Assembly: GCA_016219825.1 (NCBI GenBank)
Contig: JACRKJ010000043.1
Span: forward strand, 1-26,591
Direction: 5' to 3'
DNA from: Candidatus Woesearchaeota archaeon
GTDB taxonomy: Archaea > Nanobdellota > Nanobdellia > SCGC-AAA011-G17 > GW2011-AR18
DNA length: 26,591 nt
The translations under genes were made by a program, and so were the position numbers. Positions 7,779 through 16,400 of this stretch are shown here, in pieces. The notes beneath the pieces were generated by a model that ran no database searches, had not been told where the DNA came from, and was given only the letters and a program-made list of their open reading frames with translations. The first letter of the stretch is position 1. Each line of letters opens with the position of its first letter.

Positions 7779-8528
7779 ATGCGCCTTACATTAACAGAGC
7801 CACGATATTTGAAAGATAGCATCCTTATTATTTCTGAACTTGTCAATGAAGTCAATATCCGCATCTTCAAGGACAGGTTAGAGCTTGTCGCTATTGATCC
7901 AGCGAATGTGGCGATGGTCGTGTTCAAATTATTAAGCAGCGCCTTCACTGAGTTCAACGTTGAGGAAGAGAAAGTAATTGGCATTAATTTAGACCAATTC
8001 ACCCAGATCCTGAAACGATCAAAACCTACAGATGTAATTACACTTGATTTAGATGAAGAAAAAAATAGATTGAATATTGTCTTTAAAGGATCCACGATCC
8101 GCATCTTTAACATGTCCTTATTGGAAATCGAAGACCGAGAGCATAAAGTTCCTCCGTTGAAATTTGGAGTTCGCATCGAGACAAATACATTATTATTCGG
8201 CGACGCTATTGAAGACATGGATGTTGTCGCTGACAGCTTAAGTTTCCACGCCTTGACTGACAAGTTTATCATTAAAAGCGAGGGAACAACCAGCAGCGGC
8301 AAAGTAGAAATAACAAATGATGAAGAAACAACCATCGCCTCAAGCCATGAAGATGAAGTGCAGTCAAAATATTCCATTGAATACTTAAAAAAAATCGTGA
8401 AAGGATCAAAATTAACGAATAATGTGACCTTGGAATTCGGGCCAAACTACCCTTTACGCACGGAGTATAAAGTTGTGGATAAATTAAGCCTGCAGTTTAT
8501 TTTAGCTCCCAGGGTCAGCGACGAGTAA
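7779..8528 (+). CDS. pcn: DNA polymerase sliding clamp PCNA
   Basis: 249 aa with LVAIDPANVAMV, SKYSIEYL and the C-terminal FILAPR motif. Confidence 0.97.
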   Translation: MRLTLTEPRYLKDSILIISELVNEVNIRIFKDRLELVAIDPANVAMVVFKLLSSAFTEFNVEEEKVIGINLDQFTQILKRSKPTDVITLDLDEEKNRLNIVFKGSTIRIFNMSLLEIEDREHKVPPLKFGVRIETNTLLFGDAIEDMDVVADSLSFHALTDKFIIKSEGTTSSGKVEITNDEETTIASSHEDEVQSKYSIEYLKKIVKGSKLTNNVTLEFGPNYPLRTEYKVVDKLSLQFILAPRVSDE

Positions 8529-9657
8529 TCGCTTTCTTGTAAATATTTAAGAATTGACTGCTGACTACATCCAAACTCCATTCGTCTTCAATTGTTTTTC
8601 TCGCCGCATGCGCTATTTTGTCTAGATTTTTCTTCTCCACTTCCCGTATTTTTTTCACAATCGATTTTGGATCATTGGAATGAAGAAAGAACCCGTTTTT
8701 TCCATCTTGAATCAAACTTGGAAGATTTCCCACTTTCGTTGTTATTGGAATCACCGCGCAAGCCATCGCTTCCAGAACCGCATAGGGAAGGCCTTCAAAT
8801 TCTGATGGAAGAACCATGAACCTCGCTCTTTGCAGCCAGCGTTTGTATTCTTGTATATCCCTTATTCCTGTCAATGCCACATTCTTTCCCGCATTTTGCT
8901 CTATTTCCGAGCGCAATTCCCCATCACCCACTAACCAGAGTTTGTAGTCTGGCAATGACTTCATCGCCTCGACTAATTTATCCACTCCTTTCTGCCTTGT
9001 AAATCTCGCAATGTCAATTAATTCCTTGTTTTGTTTTTTGTATTTCGGCGTTAAGTAGCCTGTATCAACTAAGTTCGTGATCTTTACAGTCCTGTCCTTT
9101 CCAATATACCTGCTGTAGAAATCCAGTGTCTCTTTTCCCTGCGAGATAACATACTTGCACTGTTTTAGATTCAACCTCTCCATCCAGAAATAGATTTTAT
9201 GCGCGATGTTCGCAGCAGCCCAGTTTTTGTTCATTGTCTGTATTTTTTTAAATCCTTGATTATGGATGCCATGGGCTGTGGCCACAAACGGGATTTTCGC
9301 GAGGCCGCACACCAGCGCTGGCGTTGTCAAGCTCTGCGCGTCAGCTATATCTGGGTTTATTTTTCTTAGGGCTTTCACCGCTCCAATGATAAACGCGCAT
9401 TCAAAACAGACTCTATATACAATATCCAGCGGCAACAACAGCTTAGAACTTGTAAATCTCCTATGCGGAATCCCAACATTATGAAGCATTGCTTTTTCTG
9501 GAACAGCTAATCTCTGCTTTCCTTTTCCTGGCTTTGAAGAAATCAGATGCACTTCGTGGCCTTTTTTTATTAAGGCTGCCGCAAGATTTGTTTTATGCGT
9601 ATTGCCGCCGCCCTTCACATACGGATAGGGCATTAAATCAATAATCACAATTTTCAT
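8515..9657 (-). CDS. GT4-family (GT-B) glycosyltransferase
   Basis: 380 aa with N-terminal GGG...LIKKGHEVHLIS, KGVDKLVEA and the E-x7-E motif EGLPYAVLE followed by AMACAVIPI. Confidence 0.92.
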   Translation of the reverse strand: MKIVIIDLMPYPYVKGGGNTHKTNLAAALIKKGHEVHLISSKPGKGKQRLAVPEKAMLHNVGIPHRRFTSSKLLLPLDIVYRVCFECAFIIGAVKALRKINPDIADAQSLTTPALVCGLAKIPFVATAHGIHNQGFKKIQTMNKNWAAANIAHKIYFWMERLNLKQCKYVISQGKETLDFYSRYIGKDRTVKITNLVDTGYLTPKYKKQNKELIDIARFTRQKGVDKLVEAMKSLPDYKLWLVGDGELRSEIEQNAGKNVALTGIRDIQEYKRWLQRARFMVLPSEFEGLPYAVLEAMACAVIPITTKVGNLPSLIQDGKNGFFLHSNDPKSIVKKIREVEKKNLDKIAHAARKTIEDEWSLDVVSSQFLNIYKKAITRR

Positions 9658-9677
9658 TTTCTTCTTCTTTTTCAGAA

Positions 9678-9712
9678 CCTTTAAATACTTTTCAGAATGA
9701 CCTTTTTTATAA
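9678..9712. promoter_or_regulatory. Divergent promoter region between glycosyltransferase and epimerase
   Basis: Minus strand AAAAGTATTTAAAG with first T at 9685, 28 nt before ATG 9657; plus strand TTTTTATAA at 9704-9712, 27-29 nt before ATG 9733. Confidence 0.55.
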
Positions 9713-9732
9713 CTCTCCTGAGTTTTATTCCC

Positions 9733-10650
9733 ATGCCCTCTTATCGTGGAAAACGTGTTCTGGTCACCGGCGCTTCCGGCTTTATTGGAAAAAATTTAGT
9801 CCCACGGCTGCTTGAAGAAAAAGCTGTTGTCACGTCACTTTCCTTAGCCGCAGGCTCTCCCTTTCCAAATGCGGAGCATCTGTCTGTTGACTTGACAAAC
9901 AGGGGACAAACCCTCGCAGCATTGACTGGAAAAGAATTTGATTTTATTTTTCATCTTGCCGCGAATATTTCCAGGGATTCCAAAGACAAAGAAGCTGTGT
10001 TCGCCGCGAATGTGGAAGGAACACGGAACCTACTTGAAGCGCTCCGCTATACTTCTTATCAACGATTTGTTCTGCCGAGCACTGCTGAGGTTTACAACCA
10101 TAACGCTGTTCCCTTTGTTGAGACACAAGAAGCACATCCCCTTTCTTCGTACGCGCAATCTAAATTCCAGGCAGAACGCCTCTGCCTTGAAGAAGCTGCT
10201 ACTTATAAAAAACCAACAACCATTTACCGCATCGCTGTTTCGTATGGACCGCACCAGAAGCCAGCTCTTTTAATCCCCAACGTGATTCTTTCCTGCCTGC
10301 ATCAAACTGATGTTCCTTTAACACTTGGAGAAGAGACCAGGGATTTTATCTACATACAGGATTTAGTCGAAGCACTCTTAGTAAGCTCAAAACTTACTGG
10401 AAAAGGAGAAATTTTGAATATTGGAACTGGAATAGAATCAAGCGTGCGCTCTATCGCTGAATATATCCATGCAATTACACATTCACGCTCCAACCTCCAA
10501 TTTGGCATGTACCCCCTTCGCCCAGGCCAGCCAATACGCTATTGCGTCAACACTTTGAAAGCTGAACAATTACTGGGATGGAGAGCAACTACTTCACTTC
10601 ATGAAGGACTGCAGAAGACGATCGCATGGTATCAACGCCAGCAAATTTAA
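9733..10650 (+). CDS. NAD-dependent nucleotide-sugar epimerase/dehydratase (extended SDR)
   Basis: 305 aa from ATG 9733 with VLVTGASGFIG, HLAA, STAEVY and YAQSK (YxxxK). The track start at 9697 lies upstream of the TATA-like motif at 9704-9712. Substrate cannot be assigned. Confidence 0.92.
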   Translation: MPSYRGKRVLVTGASGFIGKNLVPRLLEEKAVVTSLSLAAGSPFPNAEHLSVDLTNRGQTLAALTGKEFDFIFHLAANISRDSKDKEAVFAANVEGTRNLLEALRYTSYQRFVLPSTAEVYNHNAVPFVETQEAHPLSSYAQSKFQAERLCLEEAATYKKPTTIYRIAVSYGPHQKPALLIPNVILSCLHQTDVPLTLGEETRDFIYIQDLVEALLVSSKLTGKGEILNIGTGIESSVRSIAEYIHAITHSRSNLQFGMYPLRPGQPIRYCVNTLKAEQLLGWRATTSLHEGLQKTIAWYQRQQI

Positions 10651-10663
10651 CTTTCTTGTTTAC

Positions 10664-10678
10664 GAAAACCTTTTAAAG
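10664..10678 (+). promoter_or_regulatory. BRE/TATA-like promoter of first pilin-like operon
   Basis: GAAAACCTTTTAAAG; TTTAAAG at 10672 is 29 nt before ATG 10701. Confidence 0.6.
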
Positions 10679-10700
10679 TGCGTTTCATCTAGTTTGTTTT

Positions 10701-11453
10701 ATGCAGAAAAGAGGGCAGGTCACGTTGTTTGTATTCTTAGGGTTAGTTGTCCTGATTTTAATTTCATTATTTTTTTACGTCCGGTCTCAGTATGGATTTT
10801 TTGTTCCTTCCCAAGATTTTTTATCCTCTAAAGCAAGCGATATCCAGCAGGATCTTGAATATTGCGTTGAGACAGAAGTTTCTCCGCTCGTTAAAGAATT
10901 CTCCTTACAAGGAGGAAATCTACACCCCACTTCGTTTGTTTTGTATCATGATTCTCCTGTTTCATTTTTATGCAGAAAAACAAACCATGGAACGTGTGTT
11001 AATTATTTAACTCCATTGGGGGGTATGCTAACGAATCTACAAAATTCTTTAGACCAGAAGTTAAACGCATGTGTGAATAAAAAATTATTATCTGAACAAG
11101 GATTCAGCATTACTGGGAATAAAAATGTTCAATCTCTTGTCCAATTACAAGGAAATTCAATCAGCGTTGTTTCCACATATGATGTCCAGCTTCATCGCGA
11201 CACCGCAAGCATGCGCATTTCCCCTGTTAGAAAAACAATCGCGGACGCCCCACTTGGGGAATTATATCCTGTTGTGCATGATATCCTAGAAAAAGAAGCG
11301 ACTGCTGGAACATTTGACCAACTGTTTTATATGCTGCAGAAGAAAGGAAAATACTTGATCGAAGTTGACAGGCCGTATCCACATACTATTTATAGAGTAT
11401 ATAAAAAAGACAGCACATATGAGTTCTGGTTCGCTGTTGAGGGGAAAGCATGA
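10701..11453 (+). CDS. Class III signal peptide (prepilin-like) protein
   Basis: MQKRG/QVTLFVFLGLVVLILISLFFYV: short basic leader, G, Q at +1 and a hydrophobic helix; 250 aa with Cys in the globular part; ATGA overlap with the next gene. Confidence 0.8.
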   Translation: MQKRGQVTLFVFLGLVVLILISLFFYVRSQYGFFVPSQDFLSSKASDIQQDLEYCVETEVSPLVKEFSLQGGNLHPTSFVLYHDSPVSFLCRKTNHGTCVNYLTPLGGMLTNLQNSLDQKLNACVNKKLLSEQGFSITGNKNVQSLVQLQGNSISVVSTYDVQLHRDTASMRISPVRKTIADAPLGELYPVVHDILEKEATAGTFDQLFYMLQKKGKYLIEVDRPYPHTIYRVYKKDSTYEFWFAVEGKA

Positions 11454-14400
11454 AGAAATTTGTAGCTCTCTTTGAAATTCTGCTTCTTGTTCTTACAAGC
11501 TTTACTGTTCTTAGTTTTTCCGCTCCTTCTGTTCGTGCCGCTCCTGTTTGCTGCGAGAAAACAAAAGCTGGAGAATTCTGCCAGTATACTGATGAACAAC
11601 AATGCGAGACTGGATTACGAAACGCAAATGATCCAAGCAAAGGAACCTATCAAAACGCGCCTACCAGCTGTGACGCAACTTCCTTCTGCAAACCTGGTTG
11701 CTGCAGCGATGAATTAGGAGATGGATTTTGTTATTCAAATACGCCAAAAGCGAACTGCCAGCTTTCTTATGGCGGGAAATTTTCTGAACAACCTGATTGC
11801 TCTACTGTTGGAAGCTGTTCTGAAGGCTGCTGTATTCTAGGAAGCCAGGCTTTCTTGAGCACTTCTGTCCGCTGCCAAAAAGAAGCTGCCAAATATCCTT
11901 CCCTTACCCTTGACTTTAAAGCTGATGTGAAAGATGAGGCAAGCTGTGTCGGACTGGCGAAGAGCGCTGATAAAGGCTGCTGCGTCAACAGCCAAGACAA
12001 CTGCAAATATGTAACACGCGCTGAATGCTCTGCCTCAACAAATGGGAACAGCACTGGATTTTTTTCTGGGAAAGCATGCAGCGATTTGGGATTAAGCACA
12101 TGCACCTGCGCTCCAGCTGATAAAAACACGCAAGGAAAAGACAACACTATGTGCATCCCTGACGATGATTCTGTATATTGGAAAGATAGTTGTGGGAATC
12201 CTGAAGGGATCAAGGAAAAATGCGATTACGCTTCTGGAACTCTCTGCGGGGATTCCAATGGCGACCGGATTTATACATGCGAAAGCGTCAATTGCAAGAC
12301 TGGGGATAAAAAATTAAGCTTGGATTTTGACAGCCAAGCGAAAGACAGCGTTACACACGATACAACTGTGAGAAATGGGGAAAGCTGGTGTTTGTATGAT
12401 CCTGAAATCCAGCCTGGCGGTGATGGACTGAGCAATGACCAGTTGTTATCCAGTGTCACTGGAAAAAATTTACGCAATCTTTTGTATGCTTCCCGCGAGC
12501 CTGTTGGATCACGACATTATCGTGGCTCTTGCATTAATGGAAAAGAATATGTTGAACCATGTTCTGATTTTCGAAAAGATTATTGTTTACAAAGTTCTGT
12601 TGGCGGCAACGCGAGCATGAACCTTGGGAATGATGGAGAGAAATTCACTGAAGCGAAATGCACTGAAAATAGAGCTGGAAGCTGCATCAGCGACTGCAAT
12701 AAAGCTGACCCAACTAAATTTAAAAAATCTGATGGAAGCTTAGACCAGGCTGCTTTTGAACAAGCGCTGCAAGAAGATGTGCAATGCTGCACTGATGTTT
12801 CAAAAAGAGATTGCGCATGGGCTGGAACAAAATGCGTTCCGCGTGTCGGACAAGGATTCAAGCACTGGGAAGGAGATGGCGTTACTACTTGCGCAAGCGC
12901 CAGCTTAGACTGCTCTTTTACTGTCAAGTGCAATGGATGGAGCAATCTTTTTGGACTTTGCAAAAATTATTGGTATCCTATTGATGGAAGCGGGAACCAG
13001 CTCAGCATTGACCAAATTCCCTGCTTGAGAAAAGAGTATGTGCAGACCGCGAATAATTATTGCAGAAGCTATGGCGACTGCGGCGCTGATTATAATATCG
13101 CGGGGAAATTAACCACTGAAGGATTTTCCAGCCCACCTACTTTGGGAGATGATTTTGAGAACATTGTCAGCTACGCAGGCGTTGATAAAAAAACGAGCGC
13201 TTACCTTCATGAGATCGCATTGAGCGCGAAGAATCCCCCACGATGGGATATTGGGTTAGGCGCAATTAATTTTTCCCTTCCTCCAGAACAGTATAACGCG
13301 TGGGCAGATTACTTTGTTGGAAGCGCTTGGGACATCCCTCATTGGCTCGCTCTCGCGAATGTCGCTCCTTATGTTGTTGTTGGACTTGCTCATTTGGCAG
13401 GATTGACTACAATTAGCGCGGAGCTTGGACTGACTTATCTTTCAGCGCCTTTGGCAGGTCTTTTTGCGCAGGCGACTGCAACAGCTACAACAGCTACAAC
13501 AGCTTCTGCCGTCGCAACTCTTATTCCTATTATCAATGTTGCTCTGATTATATATACTGTTTATTCCATTGTTGATGTCGCGAACGCTGACATACAGACC
13601 CTTTCTGTCAAAACATTATGCAAACCATGGAGTGCCCCTGTCGTCTCGAATGACTGCGAGAAGTGCAATCCTGATTACTGGAAAACAAAGGATGGAAAAC
13701 CCACTGATGTCAATGCGTTTAAGGCATGCTCTGAATACCGCTGCAAAAGTTTAGGAGCGACGTGCCAATTCATCAATCAAGGCACTGGCAATGAGACCTG
13801 CGTCAGCGTCAGCAAAGGCGATGCGCAAGCGCCGATTATCAGCCCATTAAAAGAAAAATTCGAAAAAGAATATCAAAATAATATCCAGACTGTGCAACAA
13901 GGATTAGAAGTTACTAAAAACTTCACTGTGTACACTCCTGTTGTTGTCGCGCTGCAGACTGATGAACCAGCGCGATGTAAAATGAGCTTCAAGCCTGGAC
14001 GGCCTTACAAAGAGATGGACGATATTTTCTTTGGCCAGTCTATTTTCCAGTATCCCCATGTACAGCCTGTCTATTTCGCGAGCAATAAAGTCGTTGATGA
14101 AAAAGGCGTTTCTTTACGCGGCGGAGGGGAATACAAACTTTATGTCCGATGCGAGGACGCTGGCGGCAACACCAATGAAAAAGATTATGTATTAAAATTC
14201 AAGGTTGATCCGCAGCCTGACGCGACCGCCCCTGTTATTCAAGCGACCTCTGTTGGGAAAGAAGTGTACTTGACTGCTGGGACCGGCAATAACACTGATG
14301 TCACCCTCTATACAAATGAACCAGCGGACTGCAGATGGAGCTTCAATCCACTGCGTTATACTGAAATGCCCGCGACACAACAATGCACGACGCGCCCGCA

Positions 14401-15139
14401 GCCTGATGTCTTGGGATACACCTGCGAGTTTAGGAATAATACGCAACTTGGCACAAAACCAATTGCCTTCAGCAAACCTGTCGCAGCAGGAGAAAAAATA
14501 TTCACCTATTTCAAATGTCAGGATAAATCTCCACAGCACAATTTCAATAAAGACCCTTATGATGTCACGTTTTATGGGACAAAACCTTTATCGATCACGA
14601 ACATTGAACCTAGCGGATCCCTCTTCAGCAATCTCGCTGTTCCAAATGTAACTTTGCATGTTGAAACTTTAGGCGGAGCAAAATCAAACGGTGAAGCGCT
14701 CTGCAAATACACGCAGCGAGCATCGTACGCGCATACTCTTTCCGCGATGGATGATTTTTTCCAGCAAACAAATGGAAGCAGCCATGAACAAACCTTGAAA
14801 TTATCGACTGGCGACCATACATTCTTTGCCGGCTGTTATGATGTCGCTGGCAACACTGCATATACAAATACTACCTTCAGTTTACTCGCAGATAATACTG
14901 GGCCAACGATCTTGAAAGCATATAAATCAGACCGCCCTTCGCAATTAATTTTAGCTGTAAGCGAGGACGCAACGTGCCAGGAAAGCGTTACGAATAAGAA
15001 TTTTGTTTTTGGCGAGGGAAACTTACTGCAGAAAGACGGGAATGTCCATACAAGTTTAACGCAATCTGATGTGTATTATATACATTGCAAAGATAACTAT
15101 AATAATATCGGCAATGTTATTACGCTAACGTTTGTTTAA
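11450..15139 (+). CDS. Giant Cys-rich secreted protein with internal hydrophobic hairpin and four C-terminal Ig-like repeats
   Basis: 1229 aa with a Sec-type signal (MKKFVALFEILLLVLTSFTVLSFSAPSVRA), about 64 Cys by hand count including repeated GCC motifs, a hydrophobic stretch at about aa 632-707 and no C-terminal TM helix. Confidence 0.85.
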   Translation: MKKFVALFEILLLVLTSFTVLSFSAPSVRAAPVCCEKTKAGEFCQYTDEQQCETGLRNANDPSKGTYQNAPTSCDATSFCKPGCCSDELGDGFCYSNTPKANCQLSYGGKFSEQPDCSTVGSCSEGCCILGSQAFLSTSVRCQKEAAKYPSLTLDFKADVKDEASCVGLAKSADKGCCVNSQDNCKYVTRAECSASTNGNSTGFFSGKACSDLGLSTCTCAPADKNTQGKDNTMCIPDDDSVYWKDSCGNPEGIKEKCDYASGTLCGDSNGDRIYTCESVNCKTGDKKLSLDFDSQAKDSVTHDTTVRNGESWCLYDPEIQPGGDGLSNDQLLSSVTGKNLRNLLYASREPVGSRHYRGSCINGKEYVEPCSDFRKDYCLQSSVGGNASMNLGNDGEKFTEAKCTENRAGSCISDCNKADPTKFKKSDGSLDQAAFEQALQEDVQCCTDVSKRDCAWAGTKCVPRVGQGFKHWEGDGVTTCASASLDCSFTVKCNGWSNLFGLCKNYWYPIDGSGNQLSIDQIPCLRKEYVQTANNYCRSYGDCGADYNIAGKLTTEGFSSPPTLGDDFENIVSYAGVDKKTSAYLHEIALSAKNPPRWDIGLGAINFSLPPEQYNAWADYFVGSAWDIPHWLALANVAPYVVVGLAHLAGLTTISAELGLTYLSAPLAGLFAQATATATTATTASAVATLIPIINVALIIYTVYSIVDVANADIQTLSVKTLCKPWSAPVVSNDCEKCNPDYWKTKDGKPTDVNAFKACSEYRCKSLGATCQFINQGTGNETCVSVSKGDAQAPIISPLKEKFEKEYQNNIQTVQQGLEVTKNFTVYTPVVVALQTDEPARCKMSFKPGRPYKEMDDIFFGQSIFQYPHVQPVYFASNKVVDEKGVSLRGGGEYKLYVRCEDAGGNTNEKDYVLKFKVDPQPDATAPVIQATSVGKEVYLTAGTGNNTDVTLYTNEPADCRWSFNPLRYTEMPATQQCTTRPQPDVLGYTCEFRNNTQLGTKPIAFSKPVAAGEKIFTYFKCQDKSPQHNFNKDPYDVTFYGTKPLSITNIEPSGSLFSNLAVPNVTLHVETLGGAKSNGEALCKYTQRASYAHTLSAMDDFFQQTNGSSHEQTLKLSTGDHTFFAGCYDVAGNTAYTNTTFSLLADNTGPTILKAYKSDRPSQLILAVSEDATCQESVTNKNFVFGEGNLLQKDGNVHTSLTQSDVYYIHCKDNYNNIGNVITLTFV
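13479..13504 (+). repeat. In-frame 9-nt tandem repeat (CAACAGCTA x 2.9)
   Basis: CAACAGCTA CAACAGCTA CAACAGCT, within the ATATATTATTAS loop of the hydrophobic hairpin. Confidence 0.8.
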
Positions 15140-15558
15140 TTTTCTTTTCGTTCTATTATCTTTATAATCTCTTTTGTTGAAAGAACCTTAACTTCTACTT
15201 GGTCTTTAAGCGCCTCGTCGTTTGACCAGAGAAAACATTGTTTTTTTAACGCAAGCGCCAGATAAAGAGCATCATCTGGATCTGGACTTATTTCTCTTGC
15301 TTTTGGCAGCTTTTCTTCGCATTCTTGCGCACTTACTGTTGTGACTACTTCCTTTAACGCTTTTACAATCTCTTCAAACTGCTCCCCTTTTCTTTTTGTC
15401 TTCTTCAAGATTTCCCCCCTATGCCTCTCAAATTCTTCAAAGAGAAATTCAGGGGCAAATAAATTTACACTGCTCGAGAAAATAATCTCCGCAGTTACGC
15501 TTTCTTTAATCAGGGCAGCAAAAAGAATATTTGCGTCAATAACCAGACTTAGACTCAT
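15136..15558 (-). CDS. vapC: PIN-domain toxin (VapC-like)
   Basis: 140 aa with LVIDANILFAAL, EEF, DPDDALYLALAL and LWSND; the acidic PIN residues appear intact. Confidence 0.9.
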   Translation of the reverse strand: MSLSLVIDANILFAALIKESVTAEIIFSSSVNLFAPEFLFEEFERHRGEILKKTKRKGEQFEEIVKALKEVVTTVSAQECEEKLPKAREISPDPDDALYLALALKKQCFLWSNDEALKDQVEVKVLSTKEIIKIIERKEN

Positions 15559-15776
15559 TTTCTGTAATGTTTTGCTACTGCATTGTTGACTTTTTTTCCT
15601 AACTCAACCGCGTCTTTTTCAGTCAATTCACTGTTTTTTGTGAATTCCTTAAACTTTTTTAGCAATGATACTCTTTTCTTAATCGCTTCCCTCGCTATAG
15701 CTGACCAATTAATTTCGTGGAATTCATCCATTTCTTTCTTCAGGTCTTCAGGTACAGAAAGTGTTATGCTTACCAT
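15555..15776 (-). CDS. Ribbon-helix-helix antitoxin (VapB-like)
   Basis: 73 aa, MVSITLSVPEDLKKEMDEFHEINWSAIAREAI; ATGA overlap with the PIN gene. Confidence 0.85.
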   Translation of the reverse strand: MVSITLSVPEDLKKEMDEFHEINWSAIAREAIKKRVSLLKKFKEFTKNSELTEKDAVELGKKVNNAVAKHYRK

Positions 15777-15820
15777 TGTTGTTTTATCTGTTTGTTCTGT
15801 TTATTATGTGTAATATGTTT

Positions 15821-15836
15821 TTATACTTAAACCTTT
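15821..15836 (-). promoter_or_regulatory. BRE/TATA-like promoter of VapBC-like pair
   Basis: Minus strand AAAGGTTTAAGTATAA. Confidence 0.55.
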
Positions 15837-15883
15837 TGTTTTTGCCGAAATCTATTGAACTGAGTTCCCTATCTAATATTCCC

Positions 15884-15896
15884 AAAGCTTTAAAAG
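15884..15896 (+). promoter_or_regulatory. BRE/TATA-like promoter of second pilin-like operon
   Basis: AAAGCTTTAAAAG; first T at 15889 is 29 nt before ATG 15918. Confidence 0.6.
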
Positions 15897-15917
15897 AGCC
15901 TTCTGCTCTTTTTTTAT

Positions 15918-16400
15918 ATGCAGAAAAGAGGGCAATTACTTTCCCAGCCGTTCATGGCTATTTTAGCGTTAGCGACTATCGCGTTTATTTTATTTTTTGG
16001 ATTTTATCTCATGAACACTGTCTTCAACACATCCAGGACTGTTGACACAAAAGTTTTCCAGAGAACTTTAGAGAATTCCGTCAATGAAATTTACCAGCGC
16101 CCTTCTGGAAGCTCGAAAGAAATTAACATCCGCGTCCCAAATGGAATCACCACCATTTGCTTTGTTGACCTTACCAGTCCTGCAGACCTCTCCTCCGCGC
16201 CGCAGCAGCTTCAACCAGGATTAACACTTTTACAAAAATCACAATCCTCTAAAAATGTTTTTTTCGTCTCTCAAAAAACCACTGAACCTTTAACTTTAGC
16301 GCATTTACGTCCGCAACATCTCTTCTGCGCGAATACAGGCACAGGCACTTTGAACGTTTTTGTTGAGAACATTGGAGAAACTGTCGATGTTCGCGCATAA
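15918..16400 (+). CDS. Class III signal peptide (prepilin-like) protein
   Basis: MQKRG/QLLSQPFMAILALATIAFILFFGFYLM; 160 aa. Confidence 0.8.
   Translation: MQKRGQLLSQPFMAILALATIAFILFFGFYLMNTVFNTSRTVDTKVFQRTLENSVNEIYQRPSGSSKEINIRVPNGITTICFVDLTSPADLSSAPQQLQPGLTLLQKSQSSKNVFFVSQKTTEPLTLAHLRPQHLFCANTGTGTLNVFVENIGETVDVRA

Noticed and set aside
7751-8377. 208-aa antisense ORF, and similar long antisense or off-frame ORFs at 11767-12213, 16305-16778, 18573-18914, 23037-23441 and 25468-25785
   Set aside because: They lie within better-supported genes and have no motifs or start signals of their own.
11450-15139. Calling the giant Cys-rich protein a fusexin (HAP2/Fsx1) or a named toxin
   Set aside because: No family motif was recognised and there is no C-terminal TM anchor as in fusexins. 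Only the generic hairpin hypothesis is kept.
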